This document shows positions 53,772-61,605 of a stretch of DNA of 64,000 bases, piece after piece (position 1 is the stretch's first letter; the number at the start of each line of letters is the position of its first letter). The notes below the pieces were generated by a model. That model saw nothing but the letters and a program-made list of their open reading frames with translations, was not told the DNA's origin and did not search any database. The position numbers were made by a program, and so were the translations under genes. Location: the sequence record MZ443783.1; one strand, given 5' to 3'.

Positions 53772-54290
53772 ATGTCCAAGAAAGCAATTAGCGGCCTGAA
53801 CAAAGAAATCCGCGCAATCGAAAAATCTGAAAAAGCTCTGACCAAAACCGCTGGCGAAATCACCAAACAGTCCGAAGCGCTGGCTGCTCGTCGTGCTGGT
53901 CTGAGTGCCCAGGTCGAAGCTCTGCAAAACGACGGCGCGGCTCCTGCTGCTAAACCTGCTAAAGCGAAAGCCGCTAAAGCAGAGAAAGCTGCTAAGCCTG
54001 CCAAAGCTGAAAAAGCTGGCAAAAAAGCTAAAGCTGAAAAAGCTGAAAAACCTGCTAAGGCTAAAAAAGCCAAAGCTGAGAAAGCTGAGAAGCCTGCTAA
54101 AGCAGACAAAAAAGCAAAAGCCGCCAAAGCTGAAAAGCCGGCCAAAGCTGAAAAAGCTGGTAAGAAAGCTAAAGCAGAAAAACCTGCTAAAGCTGAAAAA
54201 GCCGGCAAGAAAGTGAAAGCAGACAAAGCTGGCAAAGCCGGTAAGAAAAGCAAAAAAGAAGCCGAAGACTTCGACTTCGATATGGAATAA
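53772..54290 (+). CDS. Histone H1/AlgP-like Lys-Ala-Pro repeat protein
   Basis: N-terminal coiled coil, many (P)AKAEKA(GKK) repeats, acidic tip EDFDFDME. Confidence 0.8.
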   Translation: MSKKAISGLNKEIRAIEKSEKALTKTAGEITKQSEALAARRAGLSAQVEALQNDGAAPAAKPAKAKAAKAEKAAKPAKAEKAGKKAKAEKAEKPAKAKKAKAEKAEKPAKADKKAKAAKAEKPAKAEKAGKKAKAEKPAKAEKAGKKVKADKAGKAGKKSKKEAEDFDFDME

Positions 54291-54322
54291 GCAAGCGCCG
54301 CGCATTAGCGGTACTTGATTCG

Positions 54323-54354
54323 AAAGGGCAGCGCTGACGAGCGTTTGCCCTTTT
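54323..54354 (+). terminator. Intrinsic terminator
   Basis: AAAGGGCAGCGCT-GACG-AGCGTTTGCCCTTTT. Confidence 0.85.
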
Positions 54355-54387
54355 GTCATATCTGTGTCAATTTTCGAGGTGAATCGA

Positions 54388-54870
54388 ATGTCTGCCGAAC
54401 ATCTGCTTAACGACGACCTGCCTGACGACTCCTTAGTTGTCCCTGCCCTCAAACAGGACAAGCCTTCCTATTACGACTTGATGACGCTACGCTTAGAAGC
54501 TGGCGCACGTCTTGCTCGCTCCCTTAAAACTCTGGTCGATGCGCGTGTCATTCACGGTCCAGCGTTAAACGACCTGCTCCCAGCCGCATTGCGTATCGCT
54601 GAAACCCACTGGGCTGATATCTGCAATGGCCTAACTCCTGTCCACGACGAGAGCAATAAAATCACGCTTGTCGGTAATCTCCCTGCCTGCATCGAAGCGT
54701 TCCGCATTGTCGTCATGGAACATGCACAACGTAACGCACTGGAACTTGAGTGCCGTAACATGGTGGCACACGACGATGGCTTTAAGCTGCTGACTCGCCC
54801 ACAACTGCTGCATATTGAACCTAAACATGTCTGCGATGGAAACTGCGACCATGACTCAAAAACTGTCTGA
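54388..54870 (+). CDS. Hypothetical protein
   Basis: GAGGTG RBS before ATG 54388. Confidence 0.8.
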   Translation: MSAEHLLNDDLPDDSLVVPALKQDKPSYYDLMTLRLEAGARLARSLKTLVDARVIHGPALNDLLPAALRIAETHWADICNGLTPVHDESNKITLVGNLPACIEAFRIVVMEHAQRNALELECRNMVAHDDGFKLLTRPQLLHIEPKHVCDGNCDHDSKTV

Positions 54871-55393
54871 GCAACTCAACCGATATTTCAACCTCATGGA
54901 GAAAATCCGTGAGCAACTGTTCCGCACTCTGCCTGTGTCCGACCGTTACATGTGCATCGTAAGTTTCAGCACACAATACCAGGCACTGCAATGCGACCTC
55001 GTTAGCAAAGAGAGTCTGCTCCCTGCTAAACTCCTCGAGGGCCTGACTGGTCAAGAGCTGGTGGTGTACGGAACAATCAAAGCCCAGATTGAAAAGTGGG
55101 TTGCAGACGGTATGGTGGACGACTTCCCTATCGCACAACATGCCGACACGTATGCTCAATATCGTGTGTCTGTTGGTGATGCAGAAGCAGACCGGAGCCG
55201 TCAGACGATAGCTGATGAGGACTTGGCTGCGTATGTTGAGTCGCTTCCCAAGTCAGATGCCCTGAAATACGTTGACCCTCTGAGCAAGTATGAGCTGGCT
55301 ATTCTCTGCAAAGCATGGGGCATTCCCCAAGATGCCAGTGAGACTGTCATGCTGTCTCTCATCAAGGGTCATATTCTGCGCCGCGCTCCCTAA
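54851..55393 (+). CDS. Hypothetical protein with C-terminal HeH-like module
   Basis: LSKYELAILCKAWGIPQDASETVMLSLI; start uncertain. Confidence 0.75.
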   Translation: MTQKLSEQLNRYFNLMEKIREQLFRTLPVSDRYMCIVSFSTQYQALQCDLVSKESLLPAKLLEGLTGQELVVYGTIKAQIEKWVADGMVDDFPIAQHADTYAQYRVSVGDAEADRSRQTIADEDLAAYVESLPKSDALKYVDPLSKYELAILCKAWGIPQDASETVMLSLIKGHILRRAP

Positions 55394-55396
55394 CTC

Positions 55397-55456
55397 AAAC
55401 TCTGCATATTTCTGGACAGAACCTGAGTAGCGTCTAATACTTTCGTATGATATAAT
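55397..55456 (+). promoter_or_regulatory. Promoter cassette P11 (gyrB-gyrA)
   Basis: AAACTCTGCA-N7-GGACAGAAC; TG-n-TATAAT at 55451 (37 bp). Confidence 0.85.
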
Positions 55457-55521
55457 AGCTTGAGACAAGTAGTGTCTGAACATGCTAATATCGAGTAGTT
55501 AAACGCTACTCATAGGAGAAC

Positions 55522-57555
55522 ATGAAAATGGCCAAAGCGCCGAAGGCTGCCAAAGTTAAAAAGAATACCGGTGATGGTTCCCAAGAAGGGTTCGTCATTG
55601 CGGAAGGACTTGACGGGATTCGTTTGAATCCGGGAATGTACATGGGTGAACGTGGCGCCGACATGGCGTACCGCGGAGTTAAGGAGCCTGTTGATAACGT
55701 CTATGACGAATTGATGGCGGGCCGCACCAAAGTTCTGGAAGTTGTGATTGACTACGACAACGACCTGAACATCGTAGCCGATATGGCGAAAGGCATTCCG
55801 ACCGACTTCAAGAAACTGAAAGACGGTTCGAAAGAAACTATCATGACCGCAGCGTTTAGCCGTGCTCATGCTGGTGGTAAGTTCAACGACCAAGCATATA
55901 AGACCTCTGCCGGTACTCACGGCGTAGGCGTTGCCGCACTGAATGCAATCTCCAGTCAGTTGCGTGTGTGGTCAATGTACAAAGGTGGCTGCGCATACCA
56001 GATGTGGGAATGCGGTGTTGCCAAGTCTGGTAAAGACCCTAAGCAGGTCAAAGCCGTAGACAAAGATGTTATGAGTCTGCTGCGTGAAAAGAAACACAGC
56101 AAGTACGGTACGATTGTCGCATGGACCCTCGACCAGACCGTTGTGTCTGCTGACGTACAGCGCGGTAAGAAGTTGCCGAAGAACTATCGTCACGCTTCGC
56201 CAGACCCAGCACGTATCGGTGAGTGGCTTCGCAACATGTCGCTGCTTAACCCAGGCTTCGAGATTCGCCTGACGCTTATCAAGAAAGGCAAGCGTAAAGA
56301 GTTCACTTTCCACAACAAGAAAGACCTTGCGTTTATCGTGAAGACGATGGTAGACGAACGCGAGTTGGAGATCGTCGGTAAGCCGTTCACGTTCCAACAT
56401 GAGAACATCACGGCAGCGCTTGCGTGGACTAACCATGCAGACACTGACAACTTCCTGTCTTTCGTTAACACCAGCCCTACAGTTGACGGCGGGTGGCACG
56501 TTGTTGGTTTCCGTGACGCGCTGTTTGAAGCTATCAAGCCTTTCATGAAAGAGCCGAAAGGTAAAGGCAAGAAGAAGCAGGGATTCAAACAAGAAGACTT
56601 GCTCATCGGCCTGACTGGTATGTTCGACTGGCGTATGCACGGTGCTCAATACACCTCACAGGTTAAAGATAAGCTGGCGAGTCGTGTTGAGAAAGAAGTG
56701 TACGAGCTGATGAAAGACCAGCTTGTGAAATACTTCAAGGACAATAAGAAGGTCGCAACGACGATCATCAAACGCGCCGAAGCAATGAACAAAGGCCGCG
56801 AAGAATTGTCCGCAGTCGTGAAGTCTATGGCAGACACGAAGAAGAAGCTGAAAGGCAACTCGCTTCCTGCTGACCTGATCTCTGCGCTCAAGTGTAAGCC
56901 GCATGAGCGTGAGCTTATCGTGGTGGAAGGTGATTCTGCTGGTGGTACTGCTAAACATGCGCGTAACCCTGACCATCAGGAAGTTATGCTCGCTGGTGGT
57001 AAGCCACTGAATGGTCTGAAAGCAAGTCTGGCTGACGTGCTCAAGCACAAAGAAGTGCAGGGCATGTTGGTGTCTGTAGGCGCTGACCTGAAATCGCTTG
57101 ACCCGAAAGCTGAAAACCCAGTGTTGAGCACGAAAAACCTGCGTATCGGTAACTTGCTCTTCCTGATGGATGCTGACCCTGACGGCTTCCACATCGCAAC
57201 GTTGTTCTTGGGCGTTATCTATCGTCTGCTGCCTGATCTGATGAAAGAAGGTCGTGTGTGGATTGTCGATGCACCTCTGTACAACGTGATGCACAAAGGC
57301 ATTCACTACGGCGGTATGACGTTTGAAGAATGCCGCTCTAAAGCACCGTCTGCTGTAAAAGACAAAGAGATTGTACGCGCTAAAGGTTGGGGTGAAGTTG
57401 AGCCTGACGTCCTTGAAGCAATCGCGTTCAATCCGAAGACACGCCGTTTGATTCGCGTTAACCCATTCGTTAGCGTAGAGCAAGAGCGTTTCTTCCGTGG
57501 TGTTGTGGCAGAAGATGCCGTGCATCGTCGTCGTCTGCTGGGTCTGGAGGATTAA
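55522..57555 (+). CDS. gyrB: Type IIA topoisomerase B subunit (GyrB/ParE-like)
   Basis: IRLNPGMYMG, EPVDNVYDE, HAGGKF, SAGTHGVGVAALNAIS, VEGDSAGG, PLNG, LMDADPDGFHI, KGWGE. Confidence 0.95.
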   Translation: MKMAKAPKAAKVKKNTGDGSQEGFVIAEGLDGIRLNPGMYMGERGADMAYRGVKEPVDNVYDELMAGRTKVLEVVIDYDNDLNIVADMAKGIPTDFKKLKDGSKETIMTAAFSRAHAGGKFNDQAYKTSAGTHGVGVAALNAISSQLRVWSMYKGGCAYQMWECGVAKSGKDPKQVKAVDKDVMSLLREKKHSKYGTIVAWTLDQTVVSADVQRGKKLPKNYRHASPDPARIGEWLRNMSLLNPGFEIRLTLIKKGKRKEFTFHNKKDLAFIVKTMVDERELEIVGKPFTFQHENITAALAWTNHADTDNFLSFVNTSPTVDGGWHVVGFRDALFEAIKPFMKEPKGKGKKKQGFKQEDLLIGLTGMFDWRMHGAQYTSQVKDKLASRVEKEVYELMKDQLVKYFKDNKKVATTIIKRAEAMNKGREELSAVVKSMADTKKKLKGNSLPADLISALKCKPHERELIVVEGDSAGGTAKHARNPDHQEVMLAGGKPLNGLKASLADVLKHKEVQGMLVSVGADLKSLDPKAENPVLSTKNLRIGNLLFLMDADPDGFHIATLFLGVIYRLLPDLMKEGRVWIVDAPLYNVMHKGIHYGGMTFEECRSKAPSAVKDKEIVRAKGWGEVEPDVLEAIAFNPKTRRLIRVNPFVSVEQERFFRGVVAEDAVHRRRLLGLED

Positions 57556-57557
57556 TC

Positions 57558-57812
57558 ATGTTCAACGTTTCAAACTTACCTGACGGCACAATGGTACGTT
57601 TTCTTGATATGCCTGCTGTGCAATACCCACCACTGACTGAGGAACAAAACAGTCAGTGTGAGTCATTGTATGGGCAAGCGCGTGAACTGGCGAAGAACGT
57701 TAATGTGTCTGGGTTCACTGTCGTTGACGGCAAACTGAATGAGCGTGTGCAGGTTCAAATGAGCCGCACCACTCTCGATAAGATCAATGCGATTGCCAAG
57801 GGAGAACAGTAA
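57558..57812 (+). CDS. Small hypothetical protein between the topoisomerase subunits
   Basis: GGAGG RBS; TAATG coupling to gyrA. Confidence 0.75.
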   Translation: MFNVSNLPDGTMVRFLDMPAVQYPPLTEEQNSQCESLYGQARELAKNVNVSGFTVVDGKLNERVQVQMSRTTLDKINAIAKGEQ

Positions 57813-59464
57813 TGGCAATTACGCCGAAGAAAGTAAAAAAGGTTAAAGCGACTGCGGTAGCAAAAGCCGCTAAGCCTGCAAAGCTCAAGTCGAAAGCGGT
57901 ATCTGCCGACGACATTAAGAAGAAGAAAAAGAAAAGCACCGAAACATCCGCAACAACGGCGGTCGGCACTTCTCTCTATCCGATGCTGGGACAAGATGAG
58001 TCGCTGATTCGTGACGAGAACCTCGCGGACTATACGCGCCGCGCTCTCTTCCAGTATGGCTCATACGTTGTTGAAGACCGCGCTATCGCTGACTACCGTG
58101 ACGGTCTCAAGCCTGTGCACCGTGCGCTGCTTTGGTCTCTATGTGACTTGGGCTTACGTCCAGGCGGAGCGTTCAAGAAGTCTGCGCGTACCGTTGGTGA
58201 TGCGTTAGGTAAGTATCACCCGCACGGCGATGCTGCTTGTTACGGTGCGATGGTAACGATTGCGAATACAGTGCCACCAGCCGTAGCTGGCCAAGGTAAC
58301 TGGGGAGACCCTGTAGCACCTGCTGCTGCGATGCGTTATACCGAAGCGAAGATGAGTAAGTTTGCGGGTAGTTTCCTGCTGGACCCAGACTATCTCGAAG
58401 TGACGCCGATGGTAGACAACTTCTCGAACGACATGAAGATACCTCTGTATCTGCCCGCGCTGCTGCCGTACATGTTGTTCAATGGTAGTGTGCCTGCTCC
58501 AGCGTATGGCGTTAAGTGCGGTAACCCATCGTTCAGCTTCACGTCAGTCAGTAAGGTCGTGTGTGACATGCTTGCTGGCAAAGAGTACGATGCGAAGAAG
58601 CTGGCGAAGACGCTTGAGATTAACCACGAGTACGGTTGTCTTGATGCAAGCTCCGATGCTGACTATCTCGCATTGATTGAAACAGGTCGTGGCAAAGTCA
58701 CATACGAACCTCAGATGAAGGTCGATGAGAAGACGAAGACCATCACTGTGCAAACGTATGTGCCTGGCGGTATGTCCAACAATGCAGCCATCACGAAGAA
58801 GCTGGAGAAGATTGCAGAGTGGTCTGGTGTTGTCTCTGCGTCGAACGCCAGCTCGAAGAAGAACAAAGACGCGGGCCCGTGGGGTGCAGCGTTTGCGATT
58901 CGTTGTCGTGGCAGTGAAGACCTGCTGTATGAGATTGCGGAGAAGGTGAAGAAAGAAATCACCAGCGCCATTAACTACTCTCTCGGTGTGACAGTGCGCC
59001 GCGCTGATGCCTCAAACAAGTTCATGTACCTGAGCTACGTGAAGTATTTCAAAGCGTGGATTGCGTATCGCATTAAGCTGGAAACTGCGATGCTCACCAA
59101 CAAGAAGGCGAAAGCAGAGAAAGCCCTTCATCTGCAAGAAGTCTACCTGTGGGCAGTTGACAACATGAAGCAACTGCTGGCCGCACTACCGAAAGCCCTG
59201 ACCGCAGAAGACCCAGACAAGATGCTGGCGAAGCTATGTAAGATTCCTGTTGAAGATGCGAAAATCATCCTCGACCGTCAAGTGCGTAAACTGGCGAAGC
59301 TGGAACGAGCTGGGCTGGTGGCCAAAATTAAGGAAATCAAGGCCGAGATTGCAGAGTATAAAGCTGGACTGAAAGAGCCGGGTAAATACGCTGCTGCTGG
59401 AACGGCTGCTAAAGTTAAGGCATACCTGAAATCGCCTGACGATAAGCTGCCTGTCGGTCTGTAA
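57812..59464 (+). CDS. gyrA: Type IIA topoisomerase A subunit (GyrA/ParC-like), no C-terminal pinwheel
   Basis: DRAIADYRDGLKPVHR, KKSARTVGDALGKYHPHGD, GQGNWG, AAMRYTE (catalytic Tyr). Confidence 0.95.
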   Translation: MAITPKKVKKVKATAVAKAAKPAKLKSKAVSADDIKKKKKKSTETSATTAVGTSLYPMLGQDESLIRDENLADYTRRALFQYGSYVVEDRAIADYRDGLKPVHRALLWSLCDLGLRPGGAFKKSARTVGDALGKYHPHGDAACYGAMVTIANTVPPAVAGQGNWGDPVAPAAAMRYTEAKMSKFAGSFLLDPDYLEVTPMVDNFSNDMKIPLYLPALLPYMLFNGSVPAPAYGVKCGNPSFSFTSVSKVVCDMLAGKEYDAKKLAKTLEINHEYGCLDASSDADYLALIETGRGKVTYEPQMKVDEKTKTITVQTYVPGGMSNNAAITKKLEKIAEWSGVVSASNASSKKNKDAGPWGAAFAIRCRGSEDLLYEIAEKVKKEITSAINYSLGVTVRRADASNKFMYLSYVKYFKAWIAYRIKLETAMLTNKKAKAEKALHLQEVYLWAVDNMKQLLAALPKALTAEDPDKMLAKLCKIPVEDAKIILDRQVRKLAKLERAGLVAKIKEIKAEIAEYKAGLKEPGKYAAAGTAAKVKAYLKSPDDKLPVGL

Positions 59465-59479
59465 GAAATCTGTAAATAC

Positions 59480-59537
59480 AACTAAGCATATTCTAGGACG
59501 AAACGCGGTTGTATCTGTACGTCAATTCTGTTACAAT
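59480..59537 (+). promoter_or_regulatory. Promoter cassette P12
   Basis: CAACTAAGCA-N7-GGACGAAAC; TTGTAT-N17-TACAAT with TG extension (36 bp). Confidence 0.85.
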
Positions 59538-59543
59538 TGACTT

Positions 59544-59783
59544 GTTGGGGATAGCTGTCTGTTGGGAGATGGACAGCTATCCAAATCTATAACAGGAGGG
59601 TAAGGTAGCGCAGCAAATATTCACTCAGGAAAAATAAACCGAGCCTAAAAGGCCGACCGCTACGGCATACTCAGAGTGAGCACCGTACGCAATACTATTA
59701 ATCGACCCACGTAATGCTAATATGATATCGTATCGGCATTCGAAGTGTCGCTAGGGCCGGCAGGATATGGTCCTCAACTCTTA
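59544..59783 (+). ncRNA. Candidate long structured leader or small RNA from P12
   Basis: About 240 nt with no good ORF; perfect 11-bp stem 59549-59/59572-82. Confidence 0.35.
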
Positions 59784-61073
59784 ATGAAGTTTGGAAATCC
59801 ACAGATGAAAAATCAGGTAAACAACCTTAAAGCTGGTTTAGAGAAGGTTAATGCAGCGTTGACCTCACTCCGTTCAGGCAAGAATTTGAAACGCCAGCAT
59901 GTTGTTGATTCATTGGGAACGCCTACGGATATTTTGGCTGACCTCACAAAAGCATTAAAGAGTAATACCTACAAGTCGTACCCCGATGTATTGCAGTTGC
60001 GTGATTCTGTACGCGCAACATGCACCACCTGCCTAAGCCTGTCAGAACAAGTGGCCGCTCGTCGCATCAAGCCACGCGAACTGATGGAAAAGCTCGGACA
60101 GATTGTGAAGTCGTTTGATGCCGACGCCAAGTTGGCCAAGTCGTGCTTAGGTTACCTGCCTGAGTCACGCAAAACTCTCAGTCTCGATGATCTCCCAGAA
60201 GACAGCAAAGAGCGTTTGAAGGCGCTGCAAGCTATCGACAAAGAGGTGTACGAGAACGAAGCGAACGACAAGGCTATGCGCCGTGAGCAACGTGAAGACG
60301 CAGCGACTGCTAAGACCAGCCGCGTGTTGCAGCGCCTCAAGGACTCATACGCCCACAAAGTCCCGAGAACGTTCAACAAAGCTATTCAAATAATCCAACT
60401 TCCTGTGATGGCTCGATTCGGTACGCTCGCCATGAGTCCTGAATCGTTATCGCGCATGGGCTTCAAAATCGAAACCGCTGGTCTGCACTCAACCCCTAGT
60501 TCAGACTTAGGTATCATTTTCGAAAACCAACTTCTCATGTTCTTCCGCATGTCCGACGCGAAAGAGATGGCCGAAGAAGCTGCGCGTGATCACAAGATGC
60601 TTGATGGAACCCTCGTCGAACGCAAACGCCTCCAGAAAGAACGTAACGCAGAACGCCGCGATCTCAAGAAGCTGAATAAGCTCCTCGAAGAATCGAAGTC
60701 GCTCAAAGCTCGTCGTGCTATCCGCGAACAAATCGCAGATACGCAGACAGAGATTGACGACATTACGGCGAAGCTCGATGCGATGGACAGCAAAGTGCGT
60801 GAGTCAGGTTCCCGCGAGCGTGTGTATCGTCAGATGAAGACCTCTAGCGATCACGCAATGCTGGATTATCTTAACCCCATTGTCGATATGATTAACGAGA
60901 AGGGTAGCTCCACGTTAGGTCTGTTTACTACCATGCCGTTGCGCGGCGTGATGAAGGACGCAGACGTGTATTGTGCTTGGCTTATGGAAAAATCAGCGAT
61001 CAACTTGTTGCTGCGCCATACTGGCGGTGACGTGAAGTTGCAGAACTGGTTCTTGCCGTGGACTAATGGCTAA
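59784..61073 (+). CDS. Coiled-coil hypothetical protein
   Basis: Long ORF; start could be 59784 or 59805. Confidence 0.85.
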   Translation: MKFGNPQMKNQVNNLKAGLEKVNAALTSLRSGKNLKRQHVVDSLGTPTDILADLTKALKSNTYKSYPDVLQLRDSVRATCTTCLSLSEQVAARRIKPRELMEKLGQIVKSFDADAKLAKSCLGYLPESRKTLSLDDLPEDSKERLKALQAIDKEVYENEANDKAMRREQREDAATAKTSRVLQRLKDSYAHKVPRTFNKAIQIIQLPVMARFGTLAMSPESLSRMGFKIETAGLHSTPSSDLGIIFENQLLMFFRMSDAKEMAEEAARDHKMLDGTLVERKRLQKERNAERRDLKKLNKLLEESKSLKARRAIREQIADTQTEIDDITAKLDAMDSKVRESGSRERVYRQMKTSSDHAMLDYLNPIVDMINEKGSSTLGLFTTMPLRGVMKDADVYCAWLMEKSAINLLLRHTGGDVKLQNWFLPWTNG

Positions 61074-61605
61074 CGAAAACCGACTGCCGGCGGTAGTGAA
61101 AGGTGAGTTGACTCAGTGTGTGATATGCGGTAGATTTACGCGCAACATTCACTGGCACCACACGACACCTCGCTCATTGGGTGGCGAGCATATGCTCCAA
61201 ATCCCTATAGACGGTGACTGCCACACAACGCTTCACGCAAAAGCAGAAGCTGTGGTAGCGAAGTTAGCAGGCAACCGTAAGCAACCTGTTGGGACTTTCT
61301 GGGATGACCCAGAAGTAGAGCAACGGGCACAAACGTGGTTGAGTATTCTGGTCGATGCGATGCTTAATCCTCCTGTGCAGCCTGGACAGAAAGAAGTCCT
61401 GTTGCCGATGATTAAAGTCGATATGACAACCAGACATGCTCTCGAACTCTTGAAGCGCGACACGCCTGGCATTACTAATATGAGCCAAGTGTTGCGATAT
61501 TGTATTGAGACAACATTAAAATCGAAGGGGTTAAAAAATGGCGAATCAAAAAGTACGCACTCTGGACATCAAAGCAATCGTAAAAAGCGAACTGACCTGT
61601 GGTGA
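61066..61605 (+). CDS. HNH-domain protein with possible C-terminal RHH
   Basis: CVIC..HWHHTTPRSLGG..DCHTTLH; C-terminal MIKVDMTTRHALELLK..NMSQVLRYCI. Confidence 0.7.
   Translation: MANENRLPAVVKGELTQCVICGRFTRNIHWHHTTPRSLGGEHMLQIPIDGDCHTTLHAKAEAVVAKLAGNRKQPVGTFWDDPEVEQRAQTWLSILVDAMLNPPVQPGQKEVLLPMIKVDMTTRHALELLKRDTPGITNMSQVLRYCIETTLKSKGLKNGESKSTHSGHQSNRKKRTDLW

Noticed and set aside
57812-59464. gyrA as a truncated pseudogene
   Set aside because: Catalytic motifs are intact, the ORF ends cleanly, and CTD-less A subunits are normal in phage type II topoisomerases.
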